In this document: piece by piece, positions 54,601 through 64,000 of the stretch | How positions within the stretch are numbered: the first letter of the stretch is position 1 | How the letters are laid out: each line of letters opens with the position of its first letter | NCBI GenBank assembly: GCA_976226885.1 | Contig: OZ320316.1 | Coordinates: forward strand, 63,798,001 to 63,862,000 | DNA from: Iphione sp. A-MEVVRFRX5 | Taxonomy: Eukaryota | Direction: 5' to 3' | Length of the DNA: 64,000 bases | Translations under genes and position numbers: made by a program | Notes under the pieces: model-generated | What the model saw: only the letters and a program-made list of their open reading frames with translations | Database searches by the model: none | What the model was told of the DNA's origin: nothing

Positions 54601-57600
54601 GGATCAGATAAAGAGAACTTACGCCATTTTAAAACAGACTAGAAATCACTCGTACTAATTCAAAAATTGTCAGAAAATCTGCTGTCTTTATTGGAAAAAG
54701 CATGTGGAATAATCTAAACATTGAATTGAAATCATATACCAATATGAAATTATTTAAGAAACGGATAATGTAAATTTGTTAAGAGGTTTGGGAGGGAACA
54801 TATCTAAGATTACAAAGTACCTTGATGGTATCACATCATCCAAAAAGAGTAGTATGGGGCCATGCCTCTTCTATAACTGATGGGCTGGAGAAATTAATAA
54901 AATTTCATGTCTCAAGAAGTCAATTATCAAATAACAACATGGGGCAATGCCGATGTTGTTAATCAAAACCATGGGGATACTGTGTGAGAGAATTTGATTG
55001 GCATAAAACATGACATGTTAGTAAAGAAAAAACACATAGACAGCTTCGTTTGACTATCTCTCTCTGTTAGGTGCACCCATCACATTTCAATTCATGCCTA
55101 ACACTGTATATAGGCCATAATGTTAAGGGAAATTGGTGTATGTATATTTTTTAAAAGCTGGGAAAATATACTTTATGTGTACAAGTTCAGTGAAAATAAA
55201 GGTTTAATTTTTTTTTCTAAATGTGCTGAGAGTAATAATTTATTTTATGAAGCTATATATGCTGAAGCATGTTTTCCCATTCATTTCACGCCGATACACT
55301 ATCCATTACATCATGTATCATTCAACAGATGTGCTCCTTACCAAAATAAACAATATGCGCATGAATATGGACTAGTGTTATTTGTGTTGCTGCACTGGGT
55401 ACTAAAATAATGCTACCCGAACATAAAGCAAACTACATGTACGGTTTTAGTATATGACTTGTTATTTCCGGTACTGCTCGCTTTTACACGAGCGGCTGAC
55501 AATTTCTCAATAATTTGTTTCTGTCATGGAAGCATATAGTTGCCATAATGCACCACATGGCAGGAGGCACCAGAGAACAACTAATTCCAGATGAAAGAGG
55601 ACAGTAGTTTGGCCACCGCAAAATATGCAGCAAAGTCCTACCAAGCATCGGCGTCCTCTTTACAGGGAACAGTGGAGGGGAAAGTTGAGATGAGCTGCTC
55701 TTGTTAAACAACTGTTCATCTGGGATGGTCCCCTGACGTGCGCTGTAAGGACGCACATCAACAGTGGGACGACTGGGAAGGCCACCTTGTCATGAGTTGC
55801 TCAGGACGACCTCCGGGGAAGCTACTCTACAGGAAGGCCTAGAGGACCTAATGAGCCGCGTGATGCCCTAACCCCAGGGTCATGTTGCTACACCGCTCAG
55901 ACAGTGTTCTTTTCTAATAGCTTCCCACTATCAAGTTCTTCGGTTTTTTTTGCATTCACCATGACAAGGCCCGTCGGTCAACCTTCAAAGTCTGGGTGTA
56001 ACCGAGACCTAACTGTTGCCTTCCTGCCTGCCGAAAATGACATGATAGTCTTGGCGCAATGACCGCAGACCTATTGGCTGCCATCAATAAAACAAGGCAA
56101 AGATCCATAACTGTGCATCTTTGATGTGGATGAGTGGTGTGGACACCGGTGTCTGCCTGGACCCTAACGACCTGAGGCGACTACACCCGCCCGAGGGCCG
56201 ACCATCAAACATTCATTCTTCACTGCGGATCAAAGTCACTTTGTATTGATTATTGGCAGCTGTCTGCAAGTGGACGGGTGCAGTCCTCTTGTCAAGGTAA
56301 CAAAGACAGACACTGCATTCCCTGAGCCTGGGCATTAATACCAATCTTTGTCTTTACGATTAACCCCGCCAAACAAACAAATCAAAATCAGGAACAGCAG
56401 GTAATGGGAGGGCATTTGTTTGCCCATCTGAAAGATATTGGATCACTGTTGGCTAACAGAATAAACCTGCCCTCACAATAGTATGCTTTTCCTACTGCTG
56501 ATAAAAGTTGCAAGCGTGCGTATCTAATGCAAGACAAAATTGGCCAAATATATCCCCATCAACCCGGCGTGTGTACCTATTGATCCCGTCACCAACGTGT
56601 ATCTTTGTGGCCTTGGTCGGACCTCTTGTTCTCGGCCGCTATCGAAGAAAACACCGACAATACCATTTGATGGTGTGGTATCCACATCATCGCGCGCACA
56701 CGAAAGGGGTGTCTGAACGCTCCACAAATGTTAATTGGCTTTCCGCATGGCTGCAGTGGCAAAAATATTCCGCCCTCTTCACTTAACGAAAGCTCAACTC
56801 CGCCCTGCCCGTTTGGCCTCTTTTCTCCTGACGCCTCCGCAATGTGTACACCAAACACGAAAATCCCATTCATTGATTGATGGCACACTATCCTTTGTTC
56901 GTTCAGATTTTTTCCCCACTGTACAGGTCTCTCTCTCTCTTCTTATCAAACCAGCGACCTTACCTGCATTTATGAATATAAACTGGTTTTCGTATCCCAA
57001 CGTTGGTTTCATGGTTCGATGAGCGGTATGGATAAAGCGCACGGTGAGGTCCAACACACTCACCACCATACTGAACCATGTGTAGTTGAGGAAGACTAAT
57101 TAGGTACTTTCCTTAATGGTGACAAAAATGATTTGCGTCTTGAGAACAGATGGACGGCCATGCAATTTGACTCAATGAAGAGCATTTTTGTGCAAACTGA
57201 TTCTTCTCATCAATGGTCGGGCACCTGTGGTCGCGGGGCGTGAGGCGTGCGCCGTGCCGCTGATTACCTCTCCAGACTGTCAGCACCCAACCCATCACGT
57301 CATGGTGACACGTTTGACACCGTAGATCTGACATGTCGCCTTCAGCAAATGCCGCTCGGACGCAAATAGTTTTTAAAGAAACCTGCCTCTCATCGCATCA
57401 ACTAACCATAATTAAAGGCATCATTAAAAAATAGACGACATTCCTTCTTCCAAAGAGTGAAAAAGAGCAGAGGTACGTTTTGGCAGATTCCCCTTGGTAA
57501 ATGGCCTGGAAATAATAAAGTGGGATTTCCGCAACCACCAATGTTTCATAAAAACAGAGCTGTATGAGGAGGAAATACTGCAAGTTACTCCCCACGTCAG

Positions 57601-59885
57601 ATTGTACACATTCCTAACTGTGCCTCTTGGTGGTAATTTTCTGAGAAAAACATCTGCAAATGCCTTTATGTCCTTTCATCTTCTCGCTAAAGTAAGGTTT
57701 AATCTGTGCTCCATTCTGCCGCTACTGATGGATATCGTACAAAAGCATGTTGTAATAATGCAAACCCCACAGCTGTAACGATTTCCAAACAACGGTTGCT
57801 AATAAATACTACACCTACTGTGTACACACCGTTCTCTTATATACAACAATGCTAATAGCCTCCAATCATGTAACTTTTGTGATATCCATTTACCATAATT
57901 TTTCAATTATTTAAAGGGCTTAAAGTTTATGTAGTTCTGTTCATATTGACTTCTTTTGCAACGACAGGGTCTTTTTCGCCATTGCTACATCCATAACTAT
58001 ACCGTGCGTGCATACATGCGTAGACCGTTCTGCAAGTCCGCAATTTTTTTCTCAAATACTTCCACCTCCCGACAAGCCATTAAGGGTAGAACTCCTTCTG
58101 CAGATGCTATAGCTGGAAAGCTATGCTGGATGCAAGCAGCTTCGGCATTCCCGGCGCGCTCCTTTCCGTGCGAGATATGACACCTGTTTAAAAGAGCTCG
58201 TTATTCGCGCTGACCTTTGTGAAACCGTTCGTCGTGTGCAAGGAGAGTCTCCATAACACACACCTTCCTGGCATCACCTTTACTGTTCGACACTGTAGCT
58301 AATTGAGGTGTAAGGTAGAAGGCATAATATCTAATTTAACAGCTCGGGTGGCCTCTGGATGACCTGCAGTGATTAGCCTCCTCTAGCAGACATATGCTGC
58401 TCATGGAGGAGCTTCCGACTTCATTTACTTGATTACATTCGTTTCTAAGTAAAGCCAGCCCCGCTTATCCGAAGAGGGTGTCTTTCGTTTGATAGGGTTC
58501 AACTAAGTAGGGAGCTCAGATAAGCCAACATGAAATGTAGGAAAGTAAGCAAAACATGTTTGTGTGCATTGGGAATCCGGATACTGGTCCGGTTAACCAC
58601 GTCTGACATCAAACATAAATATATTTGTTTCCTATGAAAGTGTCTTTTACCGCGTTCGCCTCGAACGAAAAAAAACAGAGCTACATGTGACAGGCTCCAT
58701 GCTACTTCCAAAAGCCAATCTTCATCAGTACTCGGTAAGTTCCTTGCCTCATTAGTACGTGTATTTGACATCTAGGATGGTCCGGTTACATGCAACAACT
58801 GACCGACGGTAATGCATATAAGGCCATGCATGGGACATTTATCAAATTTTGATTACGTAAGCCCCACATTACATAGAGTGTCTACTGCCATACTTAAGAA
58901 AGCTGCTAGTTAGTGGGAAGAATATGCACCTTGCTTCGGCTGGCGGTTACCAGTCGCAGCTATCGGCACCCACCAGCCACCACAGCTCGACTACAGCTGC
59001 CAGACCAGAGCTCCGGACATTTCCTTTGGGGCCCAGAGGCTCGCTACAACGATTGGCGAATGGACTGTTTGGTAGCTGCGGTCTAGACACATTCCGATGC
59101 TGCAAGCGGTAGGGTCCATTGGGAACACACTGGCGAGCACTCCCCACGACACGACCTCCCTACTCTCTTTATAGACTGACGGATCTTATGGTGTCTATTT
59201 CCTTCAGCACATATCCGACAACAATACAGATACAAGCACATATTCACGGAAACGAGTCATGGATTCTCTGAGATCAACGACCAGGTGACATACAAAAATG
59301 GCAAGTCCACTTATATCGTTCAGCTAGTAAGACATCGACAGAATGCCACGCTTAGCCCTACACGCTCGTGGCACTCGTGTGCACTCGTTCCTTGCCTGTA
59401 GAGACTGCGTTTATGGCAATAAATGAGCAAATATCAGCGCAAGCACCAACCCTTGTCTACCAGGCGTCCATCCGGCAATGTTAGGCCAAGGAGCCGTCGA
59501 AGGGTCTGTCTGGACGGCGGCCGTGTTGGCGCTTATAACACAATTACAGCGCGCGCTGACCGCGCTCGACTCAAGCCTGATATCATTAGACCTTTTAGGC
59601 CCTGGTTGTGGAGTCCAGTCGAGCCTGTAATGGGCGAAGGCGGGAACCAAAGCTTCACTGCAGGAGAATGATCTAATCTAGGCCGTATCCGTCATCACCC
59701 GCATCGCTGGGCCTGCACCTTCTATACCGCCACACCCTTCCTCAATTACCCTCTTTGCATCCACTGGTACTTTCTTGCTCCCTCCCTGTCCTGTTATCTC
59801 CTATCACTTTCTAAACCTTTCTTTTCACTGGAATCTTCCAACCTGCCTTGGTGTCATCCCTCCAATCTATTTAATTATTAAGCCC

Positions 59886-59924
<39 letters not shown>

Positions 59925-62900
59925 ACAATACATCACAATTTCTTTGTACTATTGTCCTGCAAGAGATTACGTGTACGAAATGAGTTGCATGTATTTCATC
60001 TGGCATGTGTATGCCCATCAGCGTGTGTGTCTGTGTGGAGCACGTTTGAATTGTAATGGTTCTAACGCCTCTAAGAAACTAAAGTACCATTTCCCACAAA
60101 TTGAGTAAATATGGAACACATACAGTACGTCTCACAGCAACGCCTTTCAATCGCTGTGCTTACTGTCAACAGTGCTACTAAAACGCTCACCCCGAAATCA
60201 AGCATCACCTCGACATCACAGTTGTCCTACTCCGGCAATTTACTCCATTCCCCGAGCTAGGACTCTTACGACCGCATGTGAATTTCACTTTCGCTTCCCT
60301 CTGATATTACTTCCATCTCTCGAGAGCAGAGAACGGCGCTTGCTTGGCTCACCTGCCTACTACAAACGACATTGTCGAAGTGTTCTCGAATCACCCGCAC
60401 CTGCGGTTCGCCTATTACCCACCGTCGGCTGGCGCCCTCACCCACCTGTGTCTATTAATGTTGGGGAACTCTCTCTAATCACCATAGTAGTATGCTGAGA
60501 GCAGACCGGGGCCGGGGAGGAGGAGCAGCAGGACCAGGAGCAGGAGCATGCTCGGCAAGGCAGGAAGGTACTGAATCTCTCATGAGAAAATGTCCGCGTG
60601 CATTCAACGACCTGTACCCAGCAAGTAGCTTTTATTCAGATAGTATTATTGTCAAACGTCCCATTCACACACAAGAATACGTGACAGTGGATCCCTCTTA
60701 TGTTTGAAACAAAGCAGGAATGCCCGGTAAAAAAGGCGATTTGTTAACCAATTGCCTTCTCAAAACAGGTGGTGGGGCTTCTCTTAAGGGAAAAAGGTTT
60801 AAAAACTGTCCTGGTTAAAAAGGAAGGAATGCCCAGGTCCCCTCAATTAGCCCTCACACATGGTTTTGATCAGTAAAGCCGGAGCATTTTATGTGACTGA
60901 GGAGATGGGGAACAAAAGAGAGCGCGTGTGAATGAGCTGGGCGGGATTAAGGCGAGCTTAGGATGGAATGGGTTATGATAAGCGTGCCGTGGGTACCTTT
61001 GAATGGCCCCGAGACGAGGGAGGCTTCTCGCACTATAATGTAAGGGTCGCCGTGCCGTAGGGCCTGTGTTTTCACGGACAACAACCTCTCTAATTCCAGG
61101 TGCGTGCTGTCCTCTACGTGGTCATACTCAACTACTGTGTTCACTAATATGCCGGAGCGAGCCTCGCCTGCGGCTACACGAGGTGAACGATAGCTTTTGG
61201 TTTTGCATGGCATGGGATACATAAAGAGAACCTGGAGCCAATACTCTCGTGATATATAATACTTCCTGGCATGACGCGCCTATATGTAAATAGAGTTTCA
61301 CGCGTGGATAGCACTGACAGGGCAAAGCAGGCCCAATCTGACTACGTTTTCAGACGTACAACCTTTGATAGGTACAAGCACTTGTGAATTTATCCCCCCA
61401 AACTGGAAATTCCTCCGTTGGAGGTTTGGTCGACCTTCCAATTCAATATGATGAGTACCTATTTGGTTTGGCCTAAGCTGGACACTTTGCTAACGTTTCA
61501 GTGATGAGATGAGTCCTCTGGACATCAATGTTTCTTTCACTTCTGTCGCAACAAGGCACTGAACAATTCTATCAGGTGCTCTCCCTAAACTTCCTGCCCA
61601 ATGATGGTCCAAAGTTGCTGTCATTTTCTACCATGCTCTCTCCTAGATTTACTGTCTGGCATTGCTGAATACGATACCAACGACCCAGTGCTGCCCACCA
61701 ATATCCATCAACGATCTCGTAAACAGCTGCCAGGGTGATTTCTCATTTTATTTTAGCGCCCTCTTTGAGTACGAATGAAGCAAACCGCAATGCTGGGAAC
61801 CTCACCTGGCTACATGTCAATTTAACGACTACATTTACCATGAAATCCAAGCGGTAAATACATCATGGTGCAGGCGAAAGTGACAGCGTAAAGATGACTC
61901 TCCCGAGAGGCATGTTTCTGTAAAAGGCAAGCTTTCGATGGATTTCTTGCTGAGCTTAATGCAAACAGTTCCCGTTTGTGTCTCACGCGATTACATCACT
62001 CTGTAATGAACGCATTGGTTTAAGCTTATATATAAACTGCACGTGTCGGCGGTGCTGAGAGCGGATGGTGTACATCAGCGCTGATGTCGCTGCAGTATTA
62101 AATCCATAGACAGGGTACAGTGCTTTCACAGAAGACAACCCAGCGATAATGTTTCACCAAATGAGACATAAACACGCATATATCTGACCAAATAGGATTA
62201 TTAATTCACTTCTCTCCGGGAGAAGAGTACGAGCACCCTCTCCGAGAATTGGACAAACGGGAATGTACAGGATAGCTGTCTTGAAACTAGGACCCGGTTT
62301 CCATATGTGAAGAAACATGTGTAGAGGGTTTGGGAAGTGTTTGTGTGCATGTGTATGCGTGACATCACAGAATTACTTTTCCGCAAGCTCATACACAAGG
62401 GTGTCCTTTGAGGGGCAGTGTGTGAAAGAGGGGAAAAACAGGGAATACAACAAAACACACCAAAAACAGCTTATTTCTTTTTTAAAAATCACAAAAAACA
62501 GGAAATTTAATTGAAAATTGGCCAAATAATGGCTTATTTCATGGAAATTCAGCAGAAAAATAGCAAATATAATTGGAAAAGTCCAGAAAAAGACAAAATT
62601 GTGTGTAAATGTGCATAAATGACAGTGAACAGAGCGCAAAAATGAGTAAATATGAAACGGCAGTGCGTTACCATGTGTGTGTGCATGTGCCTGGGAAATT
62701 ATCAGGCACGCACAGCTATGCATGTGTACACACATGGCCACGGACATATGGAAACCAGGCCTTAGGCCAAGCCAGGNNNNNNNNNNNNNNNNNNNNNNNN
62801 NNNNNNNNNNNNNNNNNNNNNNNNNNNNNNNNNNNNNNNNNNNNNNNNNNNNNNNNNNNNNNNNNNNNNNNNNNNNNNNNNNNNNNNNNNNNNNNNNNNN

Positions 62901-63228
62901 NNNNNNNNNNNNNNNNNNNNNNNNNNNNNNNNNNNNNNNNNNNNNNNNNNNNNNNNNNNNNNNNNNNNNNNNNNNNNNNNNNNNGAGGGTGGGATAAAAA
63001 TGGGTGTCGTCTCGTGTTTTCATACTCTTTCCAGGAGATGAAAGATCTGTCCACATCAGTCTCCGTAGCAACTCGTACAAATAAAACCTAGTGTATATAA
63101 ACATACTATCGGTGCCCTCATGACTGAAATGCAACAAGCCAGCATAACAGGAGGATGTAACCTTACCTCAAGTATATGCTCCTCTTGTTTCTCTCGGTCT
63201 AATCGCCGATTTGTTGTAGTAATCAGTC
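2549..63228 (-). CDS. FAT1: Fat-type atypical cadherin (FAT1/2/3 subfamily, Drosophila kugelei/Fat2-like), internal partial CDS: join of 63228-63167, 16534-16220, 15475-15262, 6988-6849, 5957-5747, 2824-2549
   Basis: Six exons with canonical GT-AG ends join in compatible phases (1-0, 0-0, 0-1, 1-0, 0-1, 1-1) into one stop-free frame of 1218 nt carrying cadherin motifs (LDRE, DxNDxxPxF, AxDxD, DxG). Peptides such as LDREKQEEHILEVTVTDNG, VKAVDNGRPQK and [31 protein letters not shown] match my recollection of vertebrate FAT1/FAT3 in the same order. The symbol denotes the subfamily; one-to-one orthology was not tested. Confidence 0.93.
5097..5190. repeat. Tandem repeat, about 3 copies of a 30-33 bp unit (gcatttttagaaccttattcatagtcctaaata)
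   Basis: Copies start at 5097, 5130 and (truncated) 5161. Confidence 0.9.
5747..5957 (-). CDS. FAT1: Fat cadherin exon, 211 nt: VYINVLDINDNRPQF...VATDRDEDSRLFYTI...FQINSET
   Basis: Acceptor actctttttattgtAG, donor GTTAGT; phase 0-1; canonical DINDNRPQF, PEN and ATDRD motifs. Confidence 0.95.
6849..6988 (-). CDS. FAT1: Fat cadherin exon, 140 nt: (D)GNEENKFSIDTETGNILVAGTLDWEARRSYNLTIEASDCTHQTLTW
   Basis: Not in the ORF track; found by reading the minus strand. Acceptor cattgcAG, donor GTAAGA; phase 1-0; F-x-I-D-x-x-T-G and LDWE motifs; bridges the flanking exons in frame. Confidence 0.93.
6989..15261 (-). other. Intron of the Fat gene (8,273 nt)
   Basis: GT at 15261-15260, AG at 6990-6989; the phase-1 junction gives codon GAT (Asp). 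Confidence 0.9.
8345..8445. repeat. Degenerate tetranucleotide-like low-complexity tract (ccga/ctga/ccaa/caga)
   Basis: Reads gactgactg...gactgaccgacgg...ccaaccagccaaccagacagac. Confidence 0.6.
15262..15475 (-). CDS. FAT1: Fat cadherin exon, 214 nt: VKAVDNGRPQKRQSARVIFTVVACTSGSTTAPTF...QATDEDGDKIWYSIK
   Basis: Acceptor ttgtctccAG, donor GTAGGC; phase 0-1; ATDED motif. Confidence 0.93.
16220..16534 (-). CDS. FAT1: Fat cadherin exon, 315 nt: VTVTDNGRPRQSSTTRVVVTVADLNDEEPQF...SDKDFKSGDQYDLT
   Basis: Acceptor ttcttttttcttattcctcAG, donor GTAAGT; 105 codons, phase 0-0; DLNDEEPQF and AHDAD cadherin motifs. Confidence 0.95.
23581..24020. mobile_element. Non-autonomous element starting TAA|ggctgggtgtccat, with internal tttccatgaa subrepeats
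   Basis: TIR-like start after TAA (23578-23580). Three gtttccatgaa units lie in about 23900-23980, with inverse similarity to about 62520-62565. Right end not found. Confidence 0.5.
25894..26008. repeat. Compound simple repeat: G15, purine (GA) tract, (GT)n, (CT)n
   Basis: Directly visible; the source of the THTHTH ORF at 25876-26106. Confidence 0.95.
26084..26174. repeat. Three spaced copies of ctcggttctgc...gcac
   Basis: ctcggttctgc starts at 26084, 26113 and 26152. Confidence 0.85.
27624..27672. repeat. (TA)n followed by (CA)n microsatellite
   Basis: Directly visible. Confidence 0.9.
31568..31854. mobile_element. MITE of PIF/Harbinger (Tourist) type, 287 bp
   Basis: Terminal inverted repeats ggctgtgtacacatgtatctgta and (reverse complement) ggcagtgttcacatgcatccgta, 19/23 identical. 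Identical TAA trinucleotides flank both ends (31565-31567, 31855-31857). No ORF; internal short acgga/ccgt subrepeats. Confidence 0.8.
31918..32060. other. Assembly gap (143 N)
   Basis: Run of n. Confidence 1.
35387..35426 (-). other. Candidate recursive splice site (ratchet point): CACTAAT branch point, pyrimidine tract, CAG|GTGAGT
   Basis: Minus strand reads CACTAATATGTTGTGTTCGTCTTATTTTTTGCAG|GTGAGTC. The junction is between 35393 and 35392, the branch A is about 28 nt upstream, and no AG intervenes. Sequence only; no transcript evidence. Confidence 0.5.
36893..36983. repeat. 40-bp-period minisatellite (about 2.3 copies), with more decayed copies back to about 36680
   Basis: gtggtaccatggttatgcaatcaatgaccctaacagttct at 36893 vs the copy at 36933, 34/40 identical; a third start at 36973. 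Upstream gtgccat-type fragments recur. Confidence 0.85.
40481..40777. mobile_element. Harbinger-type MITE with two right-hand TIR copies
   Basis: TTA on both sides (40478-40480, 40778-40780). Left end gggtattttacatgtatcctgatttttct is an imperfect inverse of 40669-40697. The terminal atgtgaatagccc occurs twice (ending at 40697 and at 40777). Confidence 0.65.
48055..48082. repeat. (GTAT)7 microsatellite
   Basis: Directly visible. Confidence 0.95.
49138..49511. mobile_element. Partial copy related to the 53.4-54.0 kb foldback family, ending in a TIR-like tggaaaccagccc|TTA
   Basis: 49138-49169 is the reverse complement of 53625-53656 at 30/32 nt. A T-rich arm follows, and the terminus resembles 62748-62761. 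Confidence 0.6.
49549..49649. repeat. Direct repeat pair tccgtccccgtgtgcaga(t/c)acaga, 77 bp apart
   Basis: 49549-49572 vs 49626-49649, 23/24 identical; next to an assembly gap. Confidence 0.85.
49724..49860. other. Assembly gap (137 N)
   Basis: Run of n. Confidence 1.
50363..50410. repeat. (CAGAGA)n/(CAGA)n microsatellite
   Basis: Directly visible. Confidence 0.95.
51814..51865 (+). pseudogene. Degenerate tRNA-like relic (possible SINE head)
   Basis: Ordered blocks TGGCGCA, GCGTCTG, GAAGGCTG and a B-box-like GGGTTCAAGCCCC resemble tRNA-Trp as I recall it. The D and anticodon arms are shortened, so no cloverleaf forms. Confidence 0.3.
53430..54025. mobile_element. About 600-bp imperfect palindromic (foldback) non-autonomous element
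   Basis: Nested inverted blocks: 53448-53463 vs 53990-54005 (15/16), 53498-53532 vs 53914-53947 (clearly alignable), and 53641-53656 vs 53744-53759 (14/16). The left arm is A-rich and the right arm T-rich. Ends are approximate. Confidence 0.7.
54651..54773 (+). mobile_element. 3' relic of a CR1/L2-group non-LTR retrotransposon ORF2
   Basis: Translates without stops to RTNSKIVRKSAVFIGKSMWNNLNIELKSYTNMKLFKKRIM*. This fits the RT...S...G..(L/M)WN.L...K....(F)KK pattern typical of the extreme C-terminus of CR1/L2/Crack ORF2 proteins. No RT core is visible upstream (5'-truncated or decayed). Confidence 0.7.
59894..59927. repeat. (CA)n microsatellite
   Basis: Directly visible. Confidence 0.95.
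62394..62761. mobile_element. Non-autonomous element of the same AT-skewed family, ending atggaaaccaggcc|TTA
   Basis: Start gggtgtcctttgagg resembles 53422-53436. The A-rich arm contains atttcatggaaa, the inverse of the tttccatgaa units at 23.9 kb. The terminus is an inverse match (11/14) to 23581-23594. It abuts an assembly gap. Confidence 0.55.
62777..62984. other. Assembly gap (208 N)
   Basis: Run of n. Confidence 1.
63167..63228 (-). CDS. FAT1: Fat cadherin exon, 62 nt: (G)LITTTNRRLDREKQEEHILE
   Basis: Acceptor cctatcattttcctcttgttgcAG and donor GTAAGG on the minus strand. Contains LDRE. Ends in phase 0 and continues exactly into VTVTDNG of the exon at 16534. Confidence 0.9.
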
Positions 63229-64000
63229 CTGCAACAAGAGGAAAATGATAGGTTAGCTCTAGCACTGATTATATACATGTACTCTTAACAGAACAGTACA
63301 GCCAGAATAATACATGTACATGTACTGTAAATTTATGTGTCTCCATACAATAGAAATTAGCGCCTGTTAAAAACAATTTTAAATAACCTTTAATGTGGTA
63401 TCCTATTCACTGACAGACATCACGAATATCAACATAGGTACAAGCAGCACAACGGTCATTCAGACAAATCTCGGACATCATTTTTGCGTAGGTATAGCTT
63501 AATGGAATCCACGTCCATGCACTACTGGTCTACAAGACTGGATCTTTTATGCGAATCTAGGTCAAAATGCCCTCACGGCTGCAAGCCTAAAATATAAAAC
63601 TTGCTGAAGGATGTCGGCCCCTTAGGCCCTGTGGTTTACACGAAAACCATTTATTTTTCTGAAAGTAGAGAAAGACAAAACTTCTTGAGTACACCTGGAC
63701 ATGATAACTTAAGAAATACTGACAATTTTTTAAACCAGCGTCACAAAACTATTGACGCATTTCACTTCAGGCGTCCGCTTATGATCAACACCTCATCCAA
63801 AGTATTAGCATGCTCTTGCGCGTACGGACAGCGCGTGCATGCTAAACAAACGTAGCGATCTGTAGTAGGCATGTTTCTCACTCGAATCAAGTCTAGGAAT
63901 GACAGTTTTAGAAATTAATGGGCTCATGTTTAGGATTCATGGAGAGCCGATAGTCTAATGACCATCATACCGCCGCAGTGGCTTCATTTCCCGCCCTGGC

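Larger units (their letters stand above)
16535..63166 (-). other. Very long intron of the Fat gene (46,632 nt including 488 N)
   Basis: Bounded by the GT at 63166-63165 and the AG at 16536-16535. The flanking exons join in frame and form a contiguous cadherin beta-strand (HILE|VTVTD). Confidence 0.88.

Noticed and set aside
56895-56905. 11-nt match to the start of miR-375 (TTTGTTCGTTC)
   Set aside because: The rest of the mature sequence does not match and no precursor hairpin is evident.
56955-56990. Second minus-strand CAG|GTAAGG juxtaposition
   Set aside because: The upstream sequence (tttatattcataaatg) is not a pyrimidine tract, so it is a weak acceptor and probably chance.
31918-62984. 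Possibility that the three gaps hide additional constitutive Fat exons
   Set aside because: The exons on either side of the giant intron already join in frame and without a break in the cadherin fold.
62373-63137. Long ORFs spanning N runs (also at 31870-32181 and 49577-49979)
   Set aside because: Artefacts of untranslatable gaps and low-complexity repeat arms.

Overview
Eukaryotic (animal) genomic DNA, probably a lancelet (Branchiostoma) or similar marine invertebrate deuterostome; this is inferred from the chordate-like protein and the heavy over-representation of TACATGTA. The window lies entirely inside one minus-strand gene, a giant Fat-type atypical cadherin most similar to vertebrate FAT1/FAT3 as I recall them. 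Six GT-AG exons (63167-63228, 16220-16534, 15262-15475, 6849-6988, 5747-5957, 2549-2824; 1218 nt, about 406 codons) splice in frame and encode roughly four extracellular cadherin repeats. The gene continues past both ends of the window. About 98% of the window is intron, including one intron of 46,632 nt (16535-63166). It contains MITE/foldback DNA-transposon relics, a LINE 3' relic, mini- and microsatellites, CpG-rich enhancer/promoter-like patches and three assembly gaps. The two most interesting observations: (1) a textbook recursive-splice (ratchet) motif, branch point + polypyrimidine tract + CAG|GTGAGT, in the sense orientation near the middle of the 46.6-kb intron; (2) the only two cysteines in the 406 residues both fall at one cadherin junction that has lost its calcium-binding motifs, suggesting a disulfide-stapled calcium-free hinge. 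No prokaryotic-type systems, CRISPR arrays, rRNA or intact tRNA genes were seen.
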